From assembly GCA_041158225.1 (NCBI GenBank), contig JBEBBU010000165.1, positions 256 to 64,255 on the forward strand: a stretch of 64,000 nt of DNA. The letters are read 5' to 3'. Position numbers and translations under genes: made by a program. Below the pieces are notes generated by a model, which had not been told where the DNA came from, did not search any database, and saw only the letters and a list, made by a program, of their open reading frames with translations. Positions 50,678-59,904 of this stretch are shown one piece after another (position 1 is the first letter of the stretch; every line of letters begins with the position of its first letter). Source of the stretch: Pseudomonadota bacterium (GTDB lineage Bacteria > Pseudomonadota > Gammaproteobacteria > Methylococcales > Methylococcaceae).

Positions 50678-51577
50678 ATGCAGATTGTCATGACGGGAGC
50701 AACGGGTTTTCTCGGTCATCACCTGTGCAGGATACTGGTGGACGCCGGCCATAAGGTTCATGTCTATACCCGCAGCCCTCATCGGGCGCGCAAGCGCTGC
50801 CCGGGCGCCATTCCGTTTACCTCCTGGCAGCAGCTGGGGCCGGATTTCTGCTGCGATGCTGCGATTAACCTCTCAGGTGAGCCCATTGTCGGCGCGCGCT
50901 GGACGCATGCGCGCAAGGCTATCCTGTGGCAAAGCCGGGTAGGAGTGACCCGCGATCTGGTCGACTGGATGTCGCGGTTGCATACCCAACCCAAAGTCCT
51001 GCTGAGTGGTTCCGCCGTTGGCTACTATGGTCAGCAGGGTGATACCACACTGAGTGAGCAGAGTGCGGTCAGTGGTGATGATGATTTTGCCAGGGATATG
51101 TGTGCCGCTTGGGAGGAGGCTGCCATGGAAGCATCGTCGTCAGGCATTCGTGTCTGCTGCGTGCGTACGGGTCTGGTCCTTGCCAGAAGAGGGGGTATGC
51201 TGCAGCGTCTTCTGCCTGCATTCCGTTTGGGTCTTGGTGGGCCACTGGGTTCCGGTACGCAGTGGATGCCATGGATTCACCTCGAGGATTACCTGAATAT
51301 GCTGCTCTTTCTCCTTGAAAGGCAGCAGCTTGCGGGAGCTTTCAACGCGACATCACCCCAGCCAGTGACCAATGAGGTTTTTACCCGTGAACTGGCACAT
51401 GTGCTGCGCCGTCCTGCCTTGCTGAGAGTGCCGGAAAAACTGTTGCGCCTGAGTATGGGGGAGATGGCTGATCTGCTGCTTGGCGGGCAGCGTGCCCTGC
51501 CTGTTGCCCTGCAGGCCGCAGGCTTCAGGTTCCGGCATCCGGAACTGCCTGCTGCGCTGGAGCATCTGCTGACATGA
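50678..51577 (+). CDS. YfcH/TIGR01777-type SDR epimerase-family protein
   Basis: MQIVMTGATGFLGHHLC is a Rossmann motif and the C-terminal DUF1731-like region is present. I set the start at the ATG at 50678, which has an upstream GGAGA. Confidence 0.8.
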   Translation: MQIVMTGATGFLGHHLCRILVDAGHKVHVYTRSPHRARKRCPGAIPFTSWQQLGPDFCCDAAINLSGEPIVGARWTHARKAILWQSRVGVTRDLVDWMSRLHTQPKVLLSGSAVGYYGQQGDTTLSEQSAVSGDDDFARDMCAAWEEAAMEASSSGIRVCCVRTGLVLARRGGMLQRLLPAFRLGLGGPLGSGTQWMPWIHLEDYLNMLLFLLERQQLAGAFNATSPQPVTNEVFTRELAHVLRRPALLRVPEKLLRLSMGEMADLLLGGQRALPVALQAAGFRFRHPELPAALEHLLT

Positions 51578-52119
51578 CGAGTGCTGATGAACTGCTCTGG
51601 CATGTCGATGTTCAGGATGTGCCTCTGGGTGCCCGGACGCGCGCTGATATCCATGCTCTCAGGCTGTTGCACCGCTCCGTGCATATGCTGGTGTCTGATC
51701 CTGATGGCAATATTCTTCTACAGCTGCGTTCTGGCACCAAAGACGAGAATCCGGGATTATGGGATACCTCGGCGGCGGGTCATGTTGATTATGGTGAAAG
51801 CTATGATGACAGCGCGCGGCGCGAGCTCGGTGAAGAGCTGGGTATCCATGTTGCTGTGGAAGCCCTGCATTTCCTGTTCAGAATGGAAGCTCTGCCCGAA
51901 TTCGGGAGCGAGTTTGTCCAGGTTTATCAGGTAGTGTGGAACGGTCCGCTGCAGCTATCAGAAGCCGAAATCAGCGAAGTACGCTGGTTTACCCCTGAGC
52001 AGCTGGATCATGCTGTGGCTATGGACAATCCTGCCTACACCGGCACTTTCAAGAGGCTGTGGCGGATTTACCGGAGTAGCAGTCTTGTGGCGATTCCCAG
52101 CAGTAACAGCGCAAAGTAG
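51574..52119 (+). CDS. NUDIX hydrolase
   Basis: The Nudix box is GHVDYGESYDDSARRELGEELGI. The ORF overlaps the preceding stop by 4 nt. Confidence 0.8.
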   Translation: MTSADELLWHVDVQDVPLGARTRADIHALRLLHRSVHMLVSDPDGNILLQLRSGTKDENPGLWDTSAAGHVDYGESYDDSARRELGEELGIHVAVEALHFLFRMEALPEFGSEFVQVYQVVWNGPLQLSEAEISEVRWFTPEQLDHAVAMDNPAYTGTFKRLWRIYRSSSLVAIPSSNSAK

Positions 52120-52889
52120 ACTCTGAGTTTTTCCATCGGCAGGTGCGTTGCGAGTCTGGCGCCCCAGGGCGCCGCCAGCAGTCCGGTCAGTGCCAGTGCC
52201 ACCGCTCCCGGCCACCAGAGGTAGCCCAGCATGTGAGGTGCGGGTTCCCCATGCTGCCAGCCCAGCCAGACATAGGTCATCAGGCCACTGAGGGCGATGG
52301 GTATTCCGCAGATGGCAGAGGTACCTATGGCCTGGCGGATATTCAGCTGGTGGCGCAGGAGATAGGGGACTGTCAGTGTGCCGCCGCCGATGCCAAACAG
52401 GGCGGAAAGTGCACCGATAGCCGTTCCAGCCAGAAACAGCGAGCCTCTGCTGGTCGGGTGATCCATGGCAACGCTGGCTTGTGGGCGTTGCCAGACCAGA
52501 CGGGCAGCGACATAGGTCTGGAAGATGGCGAAAGCGATGACCAGGTATCCTGCCGGCAGTCCGCTGGCCAGGTGGGCGCCTGCAGACGTTCCGAGGAGCA
52601 GGCCGGGCGCCAGGCCGGAAACCGATCGCCAGCAGACATTGCCGCGCCTTGCGTGTGCGATGCCGGATGCTGATGATGTTGGCAGGATGACACCAAAGGA
52701 CGTGCCCAGTGCTGTCAGCATCAGTCCATCAGCGGAGACGCCCTGCTGTGGCAGTGACCAGAGCAGAAAAGGCACCAGCAGGATGCCGCCTCCAATGCCG
52801 AATAGCCCGGCAAGCATTCCGGCAGTGAGGCCGACGGCAAGGTAGAGTGTAGTCGTATCCCATGGGAAAGCATCCAGGAAAATCATCAT
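52068..52889 (-). CDS. TauE/SafE-family (DUF81) anion exporter
   Basis: The polytopic protein has the repeated LFGIGGG and PYLL motifs. Confidence 0.85.
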   Translation of the reverse strand: MMIFLDAFPWDTTTLYLAVGLTAGMLAGLFGIGGGILLVPFLLWSLPQQGVSADGLMLTALGTSFGVILPTSSASGIAHARRGNVCWRSVSGLAPGLLLGTSAGAHLASGLPAGYLVIAFAIFQTYVAARLVWQRPQASVAMDHPTSRGSLFLAGTAIGALSALFGIGGGTLTVPYLLRHQLNIRQAIGTSAICGIPIALSGLMTYVWLGWQHGEPAPHMLGYLWWPGAVALALTGLLAAPWGARLATHLPMEKLRVYFALLLLGIATRLLLR

Positions 52890-54150
52890 GAATATGTCTG
52901 TTTATCTGGTCGGTGGTGCCGTGCGCGACCGCCTTCTTGGTTTGCCGGTGATCGAGCGCGACTGGGTTGTGGTGGGTGCGGTACCTGATGACCTGATTAA
53001 ACAGGGATACCGGCAGGTCGGCAAGGACTTTCCTGTTTTTTTGCATCCCGGTACAGGGGAGGAGTACGCGCTGGCCAGACGCGAGCGCAAGGTCGCTGCC
53101 GGTTACCATGGGTTTGCTGTGGAAACTGGCCGGGAGATTTCGCTGCATGACGATCTGCTGCGGCGTGATCTGACCATCAACGCCATGGCCATGGATGCAG
53201 CCGGGCAGCTGGTGGATCCCCATGGGGGTATGTGTGACCTGCAACATCGTGTGTTGCGCCATGTTTCACCGGCCTTTGTCGAAGATCCACTGCGTGTGCT
53301 GCGCGTGGCGCGATTTGCCGCCCGTTTTGCAGGATATGGATTTACTGTGGCAGCAGAAACCATGGCCTTGATGCGACAGCTGAGTAGTGGGGGTGAACTG
53401 GGCCATCTGGTACCTGAGCGGGTGTGGCAGGAGTGCATCAAAGCGCTGTCAGGCCCCTCTCCATCCGTATTTTTCTCGACGCTAAAGGCATGTGATGCCC
53501 TGCTGCCGCTTTTTCCTGAACTGGACCGGCTGTTTCAGGTGCCACAGTCACCGCAGCATCATCCCGAGGGAGACTGTGGTGTTCACAGCCTGCTGGTACT
53601 GGATCAGGCTGCAAGGCTTTCGGATGATCCGGTGGTGCGCTTTGCTGCGCTGGTGCATGATCTGGGTAAGGGTCTGACGTCCGAACAGCTCTGGCCATCA
53701 CATCCCGGTCATGAGCAGGCTGGAGTCCTGCTACTGGAAGCACTGGCCCTGCGTTATCGTCTGCCACATGTTTACCGGCAGCTTGCGCTTGCTGTCATGC
53801 GTTTTCATGGTGAAGTGCACAGGGCCCTGACACTGGATCTGCGTGCGCTGGACAGTCTGATGCATGGTATTGGCGCCTGGCAGTCTGCCGCCTACCCTTT
53901 TGAGGCGGTGCTGACTGCCTGCAAGGCTGACTGTCGCGGCCGTACAGGCTTTGAGGATGCTGACTACCCCCAGGCTGCTTACCTGCGTTCTGCCCGTGAG
54001 GCAGGTCTTGCTATCGATCGCCAGCTGCCAGCCCGGCTCGGCTACCAGGGGGAAGCGTATGGACGTGCTCTTGGCACGTTGCGGCGTCAGGCCCTCCGGC
54101 GCTGGCGCCGGGAATTGGCCGGATTCAGTGCTGCATCAGTCTTGCGCTGA
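52888..54150 (+). CDS. cca: Multifunctional CCA-adding enzyme with HD phosphohydrolase domain
   Basis: VYLVGGAVRDRLLG, the RRDLTINA motif and the HD-domain motif HDLGK are present. Confidence 0.9.
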   Translation: MNMSVYLVGGAVRDRLLGLPVIERDWVVVGAVPDDLIKQGYRQVGKDFPVFLHPGTGEEYALARRERKVAAGYHGFAVETGREISLHDDLLRRDLTINAMAMDAAGQLVDPHGGMCDLQHRVLRHVSPAFVEDPLRVLRVARFAARFAGYGFTVAAETMALMRQLSSGGELGHLVPERVWQECIKALSGPSPSVFFSTLKACDALLPLFPELDRLFQVPQSPQHHPEGDCGVHSLLVLDQAARLSDDPVVRFAALVHDLGKGLTSEQLWPSHPGHEQAGVLLLEALALRYRLPHVYRQLALAVMRFHGEVHRALTLDLRALDSLMHGIGAWQSAAYPFEAVLTACKADCRGRTGFEDADYPQAAYLRSAREAGLAIDRQLPARLGYQGEAYGRALGTLRRQALRRWRRELAGFSAASVLR

Positions 54151-55018
54151 CATCACGGTAGCGCCTTGCTGTCTGTTCAATGATATCCTGGGGTAGTTCC
54201 GGGCCTGGGGACTGCTTGTTCCAGTCCAGTGTTTCCAGATAGTCACGTACAAACTGCTTGTCAAAACTCGGAGGATTGCCGCCTGTGCTGTAGGTGGTTT
54301 CATCCCAGAAGCGCGACGAGTCAGGTGTAAGGGCTTCATCAATCCAGTGCAGGCGTCCTTCTTCATCCAGGCCAAATTCGAATTTGGTATCAGCAATGAT
54401 GATGCCGTGCTGCAGGGCGTAGGCAGCTGCAGTTGTATAGATGCTCAGTGCCAGATCTCTCACTTCTGCCGCACGTTCCTCTCCCATCAGTTCCACTGTG
54501 GCGGCAAAATCAATATTCTCGTCATGGCTGCCCAGGGCAGCTTTGGTCGATGGGGTATAAAGCGGTTGGGGCAGACGCTCTGCCTGCTGCAGGCCGGAGG
54601 GCAGATGATGACCACAGACCATCCCGGTAGCGCAATAGTCTTTCCAGCCAGATCCGGCAAGATAGCCGCGAACCACGGCTTCTACCGGCAGAGGCTTCAG
54701 GCGTCTGACCACCATGGCCCTGCCTTCAACCTGTATTCTTTCGGCAGGATCGGGAAGTATCTGCTCCAGGGGGATATCTGCCAGATGATTCGGGGCCAGC
54801 GCTCTGAGTTGCCTGAACCAGAACAGCGAAAGTTCGGTGAGGATGCGTCCCTTGCCTGGAATGGGATCAGGCAATATGACATCAAAGGCAGACAGCCGGT
54901 CAGTGGTGACAATCAGCAGATGATGCTCGTCGACATCATAGATATCCCTGACCTTGCCGCGGCCACACAGGTGTAGGGAGTTGAGTTGTGATTCGTGCAG
55001 GCTGTCAGGCGGATTCAT
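54125..55018 (-). CDS. purC: Phosphoribosylaminoimidazole-succinocarboxamide synthase
   Basis: The ORF contains GKVRDIY, LLIVTTDRLSAFD and ADTKFEFG. Confidence 0.95.
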   Translation of the reverse strand: MNPPDSLHESQLNSLHLCGRGKVRDIYDVDEHHLLIVTTDRLSAFDVILPDPIPGKGRILTELSLFWFRQLRALAPNHLADIPLEQILPDPAERIQVEGRAMVVRRLKPLPVEAVVRGYLAGSGWKDYCATGMVCGHHLPSGLQQAERLPQPLYTPSTKAALGSHDENIDFAATVELMGEERAAEVRDLALSIYTTAAAYALQHGIIIADTKFEFGLDEEGRLHWIDEALTPDSSRFWDETTYSTGGNPPSFDKQFVRDYLETLDWNKQSPGPELPQDIIEQTARRYRDVSARLMQH

Positions 55019-55108
55019 GGCAATGACTCATTCGTTTTGCATAAAAAAGACTTATCATGTAAGCCTTCGGGCTGGAAGGCAAGCCCCTGAGCGTAAGAAG
55101 CGGCTGGT

Positions 55109-56032
55109 ATGAACTGGTTAGGTAAGGCATTTGGTAGTGTATTCGGGTTTCTGGTGGGAGGGCCAGTGGGCGCTGCAGTGGGTGCCGCATTCGGTCACAA
55201 GCTGGATCATCGTGATGACGGCAGTCTGAGGCGTATCGATAACCAGGTATCTACTGCAGCACACGCGGCCTTTTTCAATGCGACATTTGCCGTGATGGGG
55301 CATGTTGCCAAGAGTGATGGTCGGGTTTCCGAGGCAGACATCCGCATGGCCAGTGAAATCATGGATCGCATGCTGCTTTCTCCCGAGCAGCGTCGGGTGG
55401 CCATGCAGCGGTATGGCGAAGGCAAGCAGTCAGGATTTGCCCTGGATGCCACGCTGGATGCTTTCCGCCGGGAATGCAGGACACGCTATACCCTCATGCG
55501 TCTTTTTATTGAAATCCAGCTGGAGTGCGCCTGGTGTGAGGGCGAACCACACGAGAGCCAGGACCGGCTGTTGCTGTATATCTGCAAAAAGATCAGGTTT
55601 TCCCAGTTTGAGTACCATGCTATCCGTCTGCGCAGGCAGAGTGAGGTGAAGCTGAAACAGGAGCAGGCACAGGAACAGCAGCAGAAACAGCAGGGCAGGC
55701 AGCAGCGGCAGACGTTCAACCAGCAGGGGTTTGAGCAGGCTTACAGGCGTGCGCGCCAGCAGCAGGAACAGTGGCGCAGCCATAATGGTTCGCCTCCTCC
55801 GGGACGGCGCTCCCAGCATGTTCTGGATGATGCCTACAAGATTCTTGGCGTGACTGCGCGGGCGGGTGATGATGAAGTCAAACGGGCTTACCGGCGCTTG
55901 ATGAGCCAGAATCATCCGGATAAACTTGCTGCGCGTGGTGCCTCGGAGGCTGCCATGCGCAAGGCGAATGAACGTACCCAGCAGATTCGCAAGGCATACG
56001 ACCGTATCGCCCAGGCCAGAAAAATTTCCTGA
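55109..56032 (+). CDS. djlA: Co-chaperone DjlA
   Basis: An N-terminal Gly-rich TM (GFLVGGPVGAAVGAAFG) is followed by a TerB-like domain, a Gln-rich linker and a C-terminal J-domain (YKILGV...HPDK). Confidence 0.85.
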   Translation: MNWLGKAFGSVFGFLVGGPVGAAVGAAFGHKLDHRDDGSLRRIDNQVSTAAHAAFFNATFAVMGHVAKSDGRVSEADIRMASEIMDRMLLSPEQRRVAMQRYGEGKQSGFALDATLDAFRRECRTRYTLMRLFIEIQLECAWCEGEPHESQDRLLLYICKKIRFSQFEYHAIRLRRQSEVKLKQEQAQEQQQKQQGRQQRQTFNQQGFEQAYRRARQQQEQWRSHNGSPPPGRRSQHVLDDAYKILGVTARAGDDEVKRAYRRLMSQNHPDKLAARGASEAAMRKANERTQQIRKAYDRIAQARKIS

Positions 56033-56061
56033 ACATCAAGCCACAAGGTACCCTGAGTCCC

Positions 56062-56544
56062 ATGCCATCATTTGACATCGTTTCTGAAGTTGACCTCCAC
56101 GAGGTTGCCAATGCCGTTGACCAGACTATGCGTGAGGTAGGCACGCGCTTTGATTTCAAGGGAAGTCAGGCCAGTTGCGAACTCAAGGATGGTGAGATAC
56201 GTCTGGTCGCGGAAAGTGATTTCCAGTTGCAGCAGCTCAGGGATATCCTGAACAGCAAACTCGCCAAACGCAATGTGGATGCCGGCAGTCTTGACCGTGG
56301 TGCCGTCACCCCGGTAGGCAGGGAGTTCCGCCAGAGTCTCAAACTCAAGCAGGGCGTGGAAACTGCCTATGCCAAGGAACTTGTCAAGCTGCTCAAGGAA
56401 AGCAGGCTCAAGGTCCAGGCCTCCATTCAGGGGGAGCAGGTCAGGGTAACCGGCAAGAAGCGTGACGATCTGCAGGAAGCCATTGCCGTGCTGCGTGCCA
56501 GCCAGCCTGAGCAACCCTTGCAATACACCAATTTTCGCGATTAG
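56062..56544 (+). CDS. yajQ: YajQ-family nucleotide-binding protein (UPF0234)
   Basis: MPSFDIVSEVDLHEVANAVDQTMREVGTRFDFKG matches the family. Confidence 0.9.
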   Translation: MPSFDIVSEVDLHEVANAVDQTMREVGTRFDFKGSQASCELKDGEIRLVAESDFQLQQLRDILNSKLAKRNVDAGSLDRGAVTPVGREFRQSLKLKQGVETAYAKELVKLLKESRLKVQASIQGEQVRVTGKKRDDLQEAIAVLRASQPEQPLQYTNFRD

Positions 56545-56561
56545 CCGGTAAAATCCCGCAT

Positions 56562-56592
56562 GTGTGTCTATACCTTCAAGGTATGGACACAC
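56562..56592 (+). promoter_or_regulatory. 13-bp RNA hairpin enclosing the pilW-like start codons
   Basis: GUGUGUCUAUACC-UUCAA-GGUAUGGACACAC pairs fully, with one G.U. The GTG at 56562 lies in the 5' arm and the ATG at 56583 in the 3' arm. No U-tract follows. Confidence 0.5.
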
Positions 56593-57569
56593 ACAACAGA
56601 ATTTCGGGATCTGCTTTTCTTGGCCTGATGTTCAGCATGGCGGTTGGTGCCTGCCTGCTGGTGCTCATGGCCAGTATCCATGCGCAATGGCTGGCGCGTT
56701 ACCGTTATCTGGTGGCAAAAGCACAGCTTGAGGAGTCGCGCCGCGTACTGCTGGAAACTTTCCAGCCACTGCTGGGCAATACCGGTTATATGGGATGTGC
56801 TACCGGTGTGTCACCACCTCCCGTCGTCATGGCAAAACCACCGCTGGCTATAATCCGCCGTGTTGCCGCTTATGCTGCGCACGCTACTGGCTGGGTGCCG
56901 CCGTTACCCTCCGGTCTCAATAAGGTGCTGCCTGACAGTGATGTGCTTGAGGTGATGCAGGCTTTGCCCTGTGGTGGCCAGCTTGCTGCGGCTACATCCG
57001 CTACCGAAGCTGTGCTGGAACTGTCCTGTCCGCATCAGTGTGATTTTTCAGCAGATGATCTGGTGCTGCTGACCGCTTGCAGTCACTCGCATCTGCTGCG
57101 TATCGACAGTGTTCAGGGATGTGGCGTGGAATCTGCCAGGCTGGTATTTTCAGCGACAGGTAACAGTAGCCGCCTGTTGTGCCAGCATTATGATGGCAAC
57201 GGCAGTTGTGCTGCTGGTGAGCAGGCACTGATTTATCCGGCACACAGTCAGGTGCTGGGCTGGCAGTCCAGTCTCTGGTTTCTGCGCAACGCCAGTGATG
57301 GCAGTCCATCCCTGTGGCGGTTTGATACGCAGCGTCCGGCTGGTGGTGATAATCCTGCAGAATGGATGACAGGGGTTGAAAAACTGCAGTTGCGTTTCGC
57401 TGTTGCAGATCAGCCGTTTTCAGCTTCTTTCGCTGGATTTGCCGCTGATCAGGTCACTGACTGGGGCGTGGTAAGCGCCATCGCCATGCATGTCAGCCTG
57501 AGATCATCTGATGGCGCTTTGCATCTTGCTTTTACCCTGATGACGCCTTTGCGTAATCCTGCGCCATGA
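56583..57569 (+). CDS. PilW-like type IV pilus minor pilin (atypical N-terminus)
   Basis: The hydrophobic N-terminal helix is SGSAFLGLMFSMAVGACLLVLMA. The C-terminal pattern (EWMTGVEKLQLRFAV...DWGVVSAIAMHVSLRS) resembles PilW. It lacks the usual Phe+1 and Glu+5. Confidence 0.55.
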   Translation: MDTHNRISGSAFLGLMFSMAVGACLLVLMASIHAQWLARYRYLVAKAQLEESRRVLLETFQPLLGNTGYMGCATGVSPPPVVMAKPPLAIIRRVAAYAAHATGWVPPLPSGLNKVLPDSDVLEVMQALPCGGQLAAATSATEAVLELSCPHQCDFSADDLVLLTACSHSHLLRIDSVQGCGVESARLVFSATGNSSRLLCQHYDGNGSCAAGEQALIYPAHSQVLGWQSSLWFLRNASDGSPSLWRFDTQRPAGGDNPAEWMTGVEKLQLRFAVADQPFSASFAGFAADQVTDWGVVSAIAMHVSLRSSDGALHLAFTLMTPLRNPAP

Positions 57570-58111
57570 ACAGAAATACGGATGGCCATATCCTGATACT
57601 GGTGCTATTCGTGCTGTCCATGCTGGGATCCATATCCATCCTGTTGCAGCAGCTTGCCTCGACAGAATGGCAGCGTAGCAGTCGCTTCATCACCGGCCAG
57701 GATCTGCAGGCCTATGTAGAAAGCAGGCTTGCGTTACAGCTAGGTCTCTGGAGCCAGCAGGGACAATGGCAGGTTTTTCCAGCCTGTGGCGAGGAGGCCG
57801 GATGGTATGCGGCTGGTTGTCCTCTTCCAGCTGACCATGATTTACGCATGGATGCACCTTCTGCCAGCGTGCAGGTACTGGCGGCCGATGACCCGCGTTT
57901 TTCGCCAGTGCGGGTAAGGGTTGTCGAGTCCACGGTCATGCATGCCCAGTGGGGGCGCCATGTGACGGTGACGGCTCATGCAGATGCCAGGATGATGCCG
58001 GTTTCACTGACACTGGAGACTGGTTTATGGCTCTGTCCTGAAAGCATGATGCCTGCCCTGCAGTCCGTCTGCACGCAAGATACCCCCAGATCATGGCGTG
58101 TTTCACCGTGA
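57566..58111 (+). CDS. PilX-like minor pilin
   Basis: MNRNTDGHILILVLFVLSMLGSISILLQQ resembles the PilX N-terminal domain. The ORF overlaps the pilW-like stop by 4 nt. Confidence 0.5.
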   Translation: MNRNTDGHILILVLFVLSMLGSISILLQQLASTEWQRSSRFITGQDLQAYVESRLALQLGLWSQQGQWQVFPACGEEAGWYAAGCPLPADHDLRMDAPSASVQVLAADDPRFSPVRVRVVESTVMHAQWGRHVTVTAHADARMMPVSLTLETGLWLCPESMMPALQSVCTQDTPRSWRVSP

Positions 58112-58113
58112 AC

Positions 58114-58644
58114 ATGCGCACCGGTTTCAGTATCGTGGAATGCCTGCTGGTTGTCGCCCTGTCCGCAATCATGGCGGGTATCGCCTGGTCTACCGGCTGG
58201 CAACAGCAGCAGTCGCTGGTATTACAGGTCAGCGGCGATATTTTTTTGCGTGACATGCTGACTGCGCGGAGTGAGGCGATGCGCCGGGGACTTACCATTA
58301 CGCTGTGTAAAAGTGCTGATGGTCAGCAGTGTAACCGTCATGGCGACTGGGAGCAGGGATGGCTGATGTTTGTCGACAGAAACGGCAATGCCTGGGTTGA
58401 TGATGACCTGAATGCCATTCTCTCCGTACAGTCATCGATGCATGGACTGATCTTGAGCGGTAATACGCCGGTGCGTCACTACCTTTCCTGGCATGCGCAG
58501 GGTGAAAGCCGACTGACGACTGGTGGTTTTCAGGCGGGGACGCTGACACTTTGCAGCCAGCGTCTGCCGGGCATACAGGGGCAGGCATTTACCCTGAGCG
58601 CCAGTGGGCGGGTGAGGCGCAGCTTCACACACTGTGGTGCCTGA
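58114..58644 (+). CDS. GspH/FimT-family minor pilin
   Basis: The prepilin motif is MRTG/FSIVECLLVVAL, with Glu at +5. The GspH-like core is LTARSEAMRRGLTITLC...WEQGWLMFVD. Confidence 0.7.
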   Translation: MRTGFSIVECLLVVALSAIMAGIAWSTGWQQQQSLVLQVSGDIFLRDMLTARSEAMRRGLTITLCKSADGQQCNRHGDWEQGWLMFVDRNGNAWVDDDLNAILSVQSSMHGLILSGNTPVRHYLSWHAQGESRLTTGGFQAGTLTLCSQRLPGIQGQAFTLSASGRVRRSFTHCGA

Positions 58645-58823
58645 TGGGGCGCTGCCTCGTGGAAGTTCTGCTGGCCATCTGGTTGCTGACCACAGCGCTT
58701 GAAGGGGCCATGCGGGTGATGGTCAACAGTCATGCTGCCATGGCTGGTGCCCATCAGAGGATGGATCAGGCGCTGCAGAAAATTAATGGACAGGTATGCG
58801 ATGAATGTGACAGAAGCCAGTGA
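58644..58823 (+). pseudogene. Truncated PilV-like minor pilin (59 aa, N-terminal helix only)
   Basis: MG/RCLVEVLLAIWLLTTALEGAM is a PilV-type prepilin N-terminus with Glu at +5. The ORF ends after 59 codons and its last 41 nt overlap the convergent rlmM 3' end. Confidence 0.4.
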
Positions 58824-59904
58824 CCTCTTCCCGGTCATGGTAGAGTTGCCGGAAACGCAGTTCGTATTTCAATCCTCTTGACTGCAGTTTTTCATGCATC
58901 ATTTCATGACAGCGTTGCAGTTCATCGTAGCGTTTCTTCATGGGCAGTTTCAGGTTGAATATAGTGTAGCGGCATTGCCCTTCTGTCAGCCAGTCAGTGA
59001 CCAGTCGGGCAATGCGGACAGGCTGTTCCACCATGTCGCATACCATCCAGTCAACGGGTTTGCGGGGACGGTAACGAAAACCATCGCTGCGGAAATGCTC
59101 AACCAGCCCGGATTCCAGCAGCGCCGGATCCATGGAGCCGTTGTCGATGGCCGCTATTCTGAGGTGCCGTCTGACCAGTTGCCAGGTCCAGCCTCCGGGG
59201 GCGGCACCCAGATCAACCGCCTGCATGGCGGGCTGGAGTGCGTGTTCAGGATCCTTGAGGAAAGTAAGGAAGGCTTCTTCCAGCTTGAGGGTGGAACGGC
59301 TGGGCGCACCTCTTGGAAAACGCAGGCGCGGGATACCGCCAGGCCAGGGAGAGGCATTGCTGGCCTGGCTGATGCCTACCCAGGCATGACTTGAATCCAG
59401 AAAAAACAGGTGTGATACCAGATCATGTGGCGAGGCTGTCGCCTGCTCCATCAGCAGGCGCCGGTTGAGTGCTTCGCGCTGCAGCGGCCGCTGAAATTTC
59501 TTCAGGAAAACTGACAGCTCTTTGGCCTCATTGGTATCTGCTGTTTCCAGCCACATGTGGCGGTAGCGCCGTGGCGTATTCCTGGGCTGTCCCTGTAGCA
59601 GGCAGGCCGCCTGATCCAGAAGCGGGCTGATACGGTCGTCGCCTGGAATGTCCTGTAACGGGCCTGTGACCAGAATCTGCTGGCGGGCGAAGGCCAGTGT
59701 GGTCAGGTTGAGTGGCGGGACGGCCCAGCTATCCCAGGCATCAGGGACATGGGGCAGAAAAAGTACATGTGCGCTGTTCTCTTTGGCTTTCAGATAGCCT
59801 TCAATCCCGCGTCTCTGGGCATTGGCCTGAACCTCGGCGGCACAGTCACGCTCAAAACCACGCCGGCAGTAAAAGAGCAGGGCACGTCCGTAGCCTGATT
59901 TCAT
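58783..59904 (-). CDS. rlmM: 23S rRNA (cytidine2498-2'-O)-methyltransferase
   Basis: At about 370 aa it has an N-terminal THUMP-like region (LLFYCRRGFERDCAAE) and a SAM-binding motif (AVDLGAAPGGWT). Confidence 0.85.
   Translation of the reverse strand: MKSGYGRALLFYCRRGFERDCAAEVQANAQRRGIEGYLKAKENSAHVLFLPHVPDAWDSWAVPPLNLTTLAFARQQILVTGPLQDIPGDDRISPLLDQAACLLQGQPRNTPRRYRHMWLETADTNEAKELSVFLKKFQRPLQREALNRRLLMEQATASPHDLVSHLFFLDSSHAWVGISQASNASPWPGGIPRLRFPRGAPSRSTLKLEEAFLTFLKDPEHALQPAMQAVDLGAAPGGWTWQLVRRHLRIAAIDNGSMDPALLESGLVEHFRSDGFRYRPRKPVDWMVCDMVEQPVRIARLVTDWLTEGQCRYTIFNLKLPMKKRYDELQRCHEMMHEKLQSRGLKYELRFRQLYHDREEVTGFCHIHRIPVH

Noticed and set aside
52068-52119. The 52-nt convergent overlap of the NUDIX and TauE genes (also czcA/rimI, 20 nt)
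   Set aside because: This is probably an ordinary 3'-end overlap, or a slightly over-extended non-conserved C-terminal tail. I saw no structure or motif in the overlap that suggests regulation.
54347-54976. A 209-aa plus-strand ORF inside purC
   Set aside because: It is antisense to canonical purC.
55430-55915. A 161-aa reverse ORF with Leu-rich repeats opposite djlA
   Set aside because: It is the mirror image of the Gln-rich CAG/CAA linker of djlA and is an antisense low-complexity artefact.
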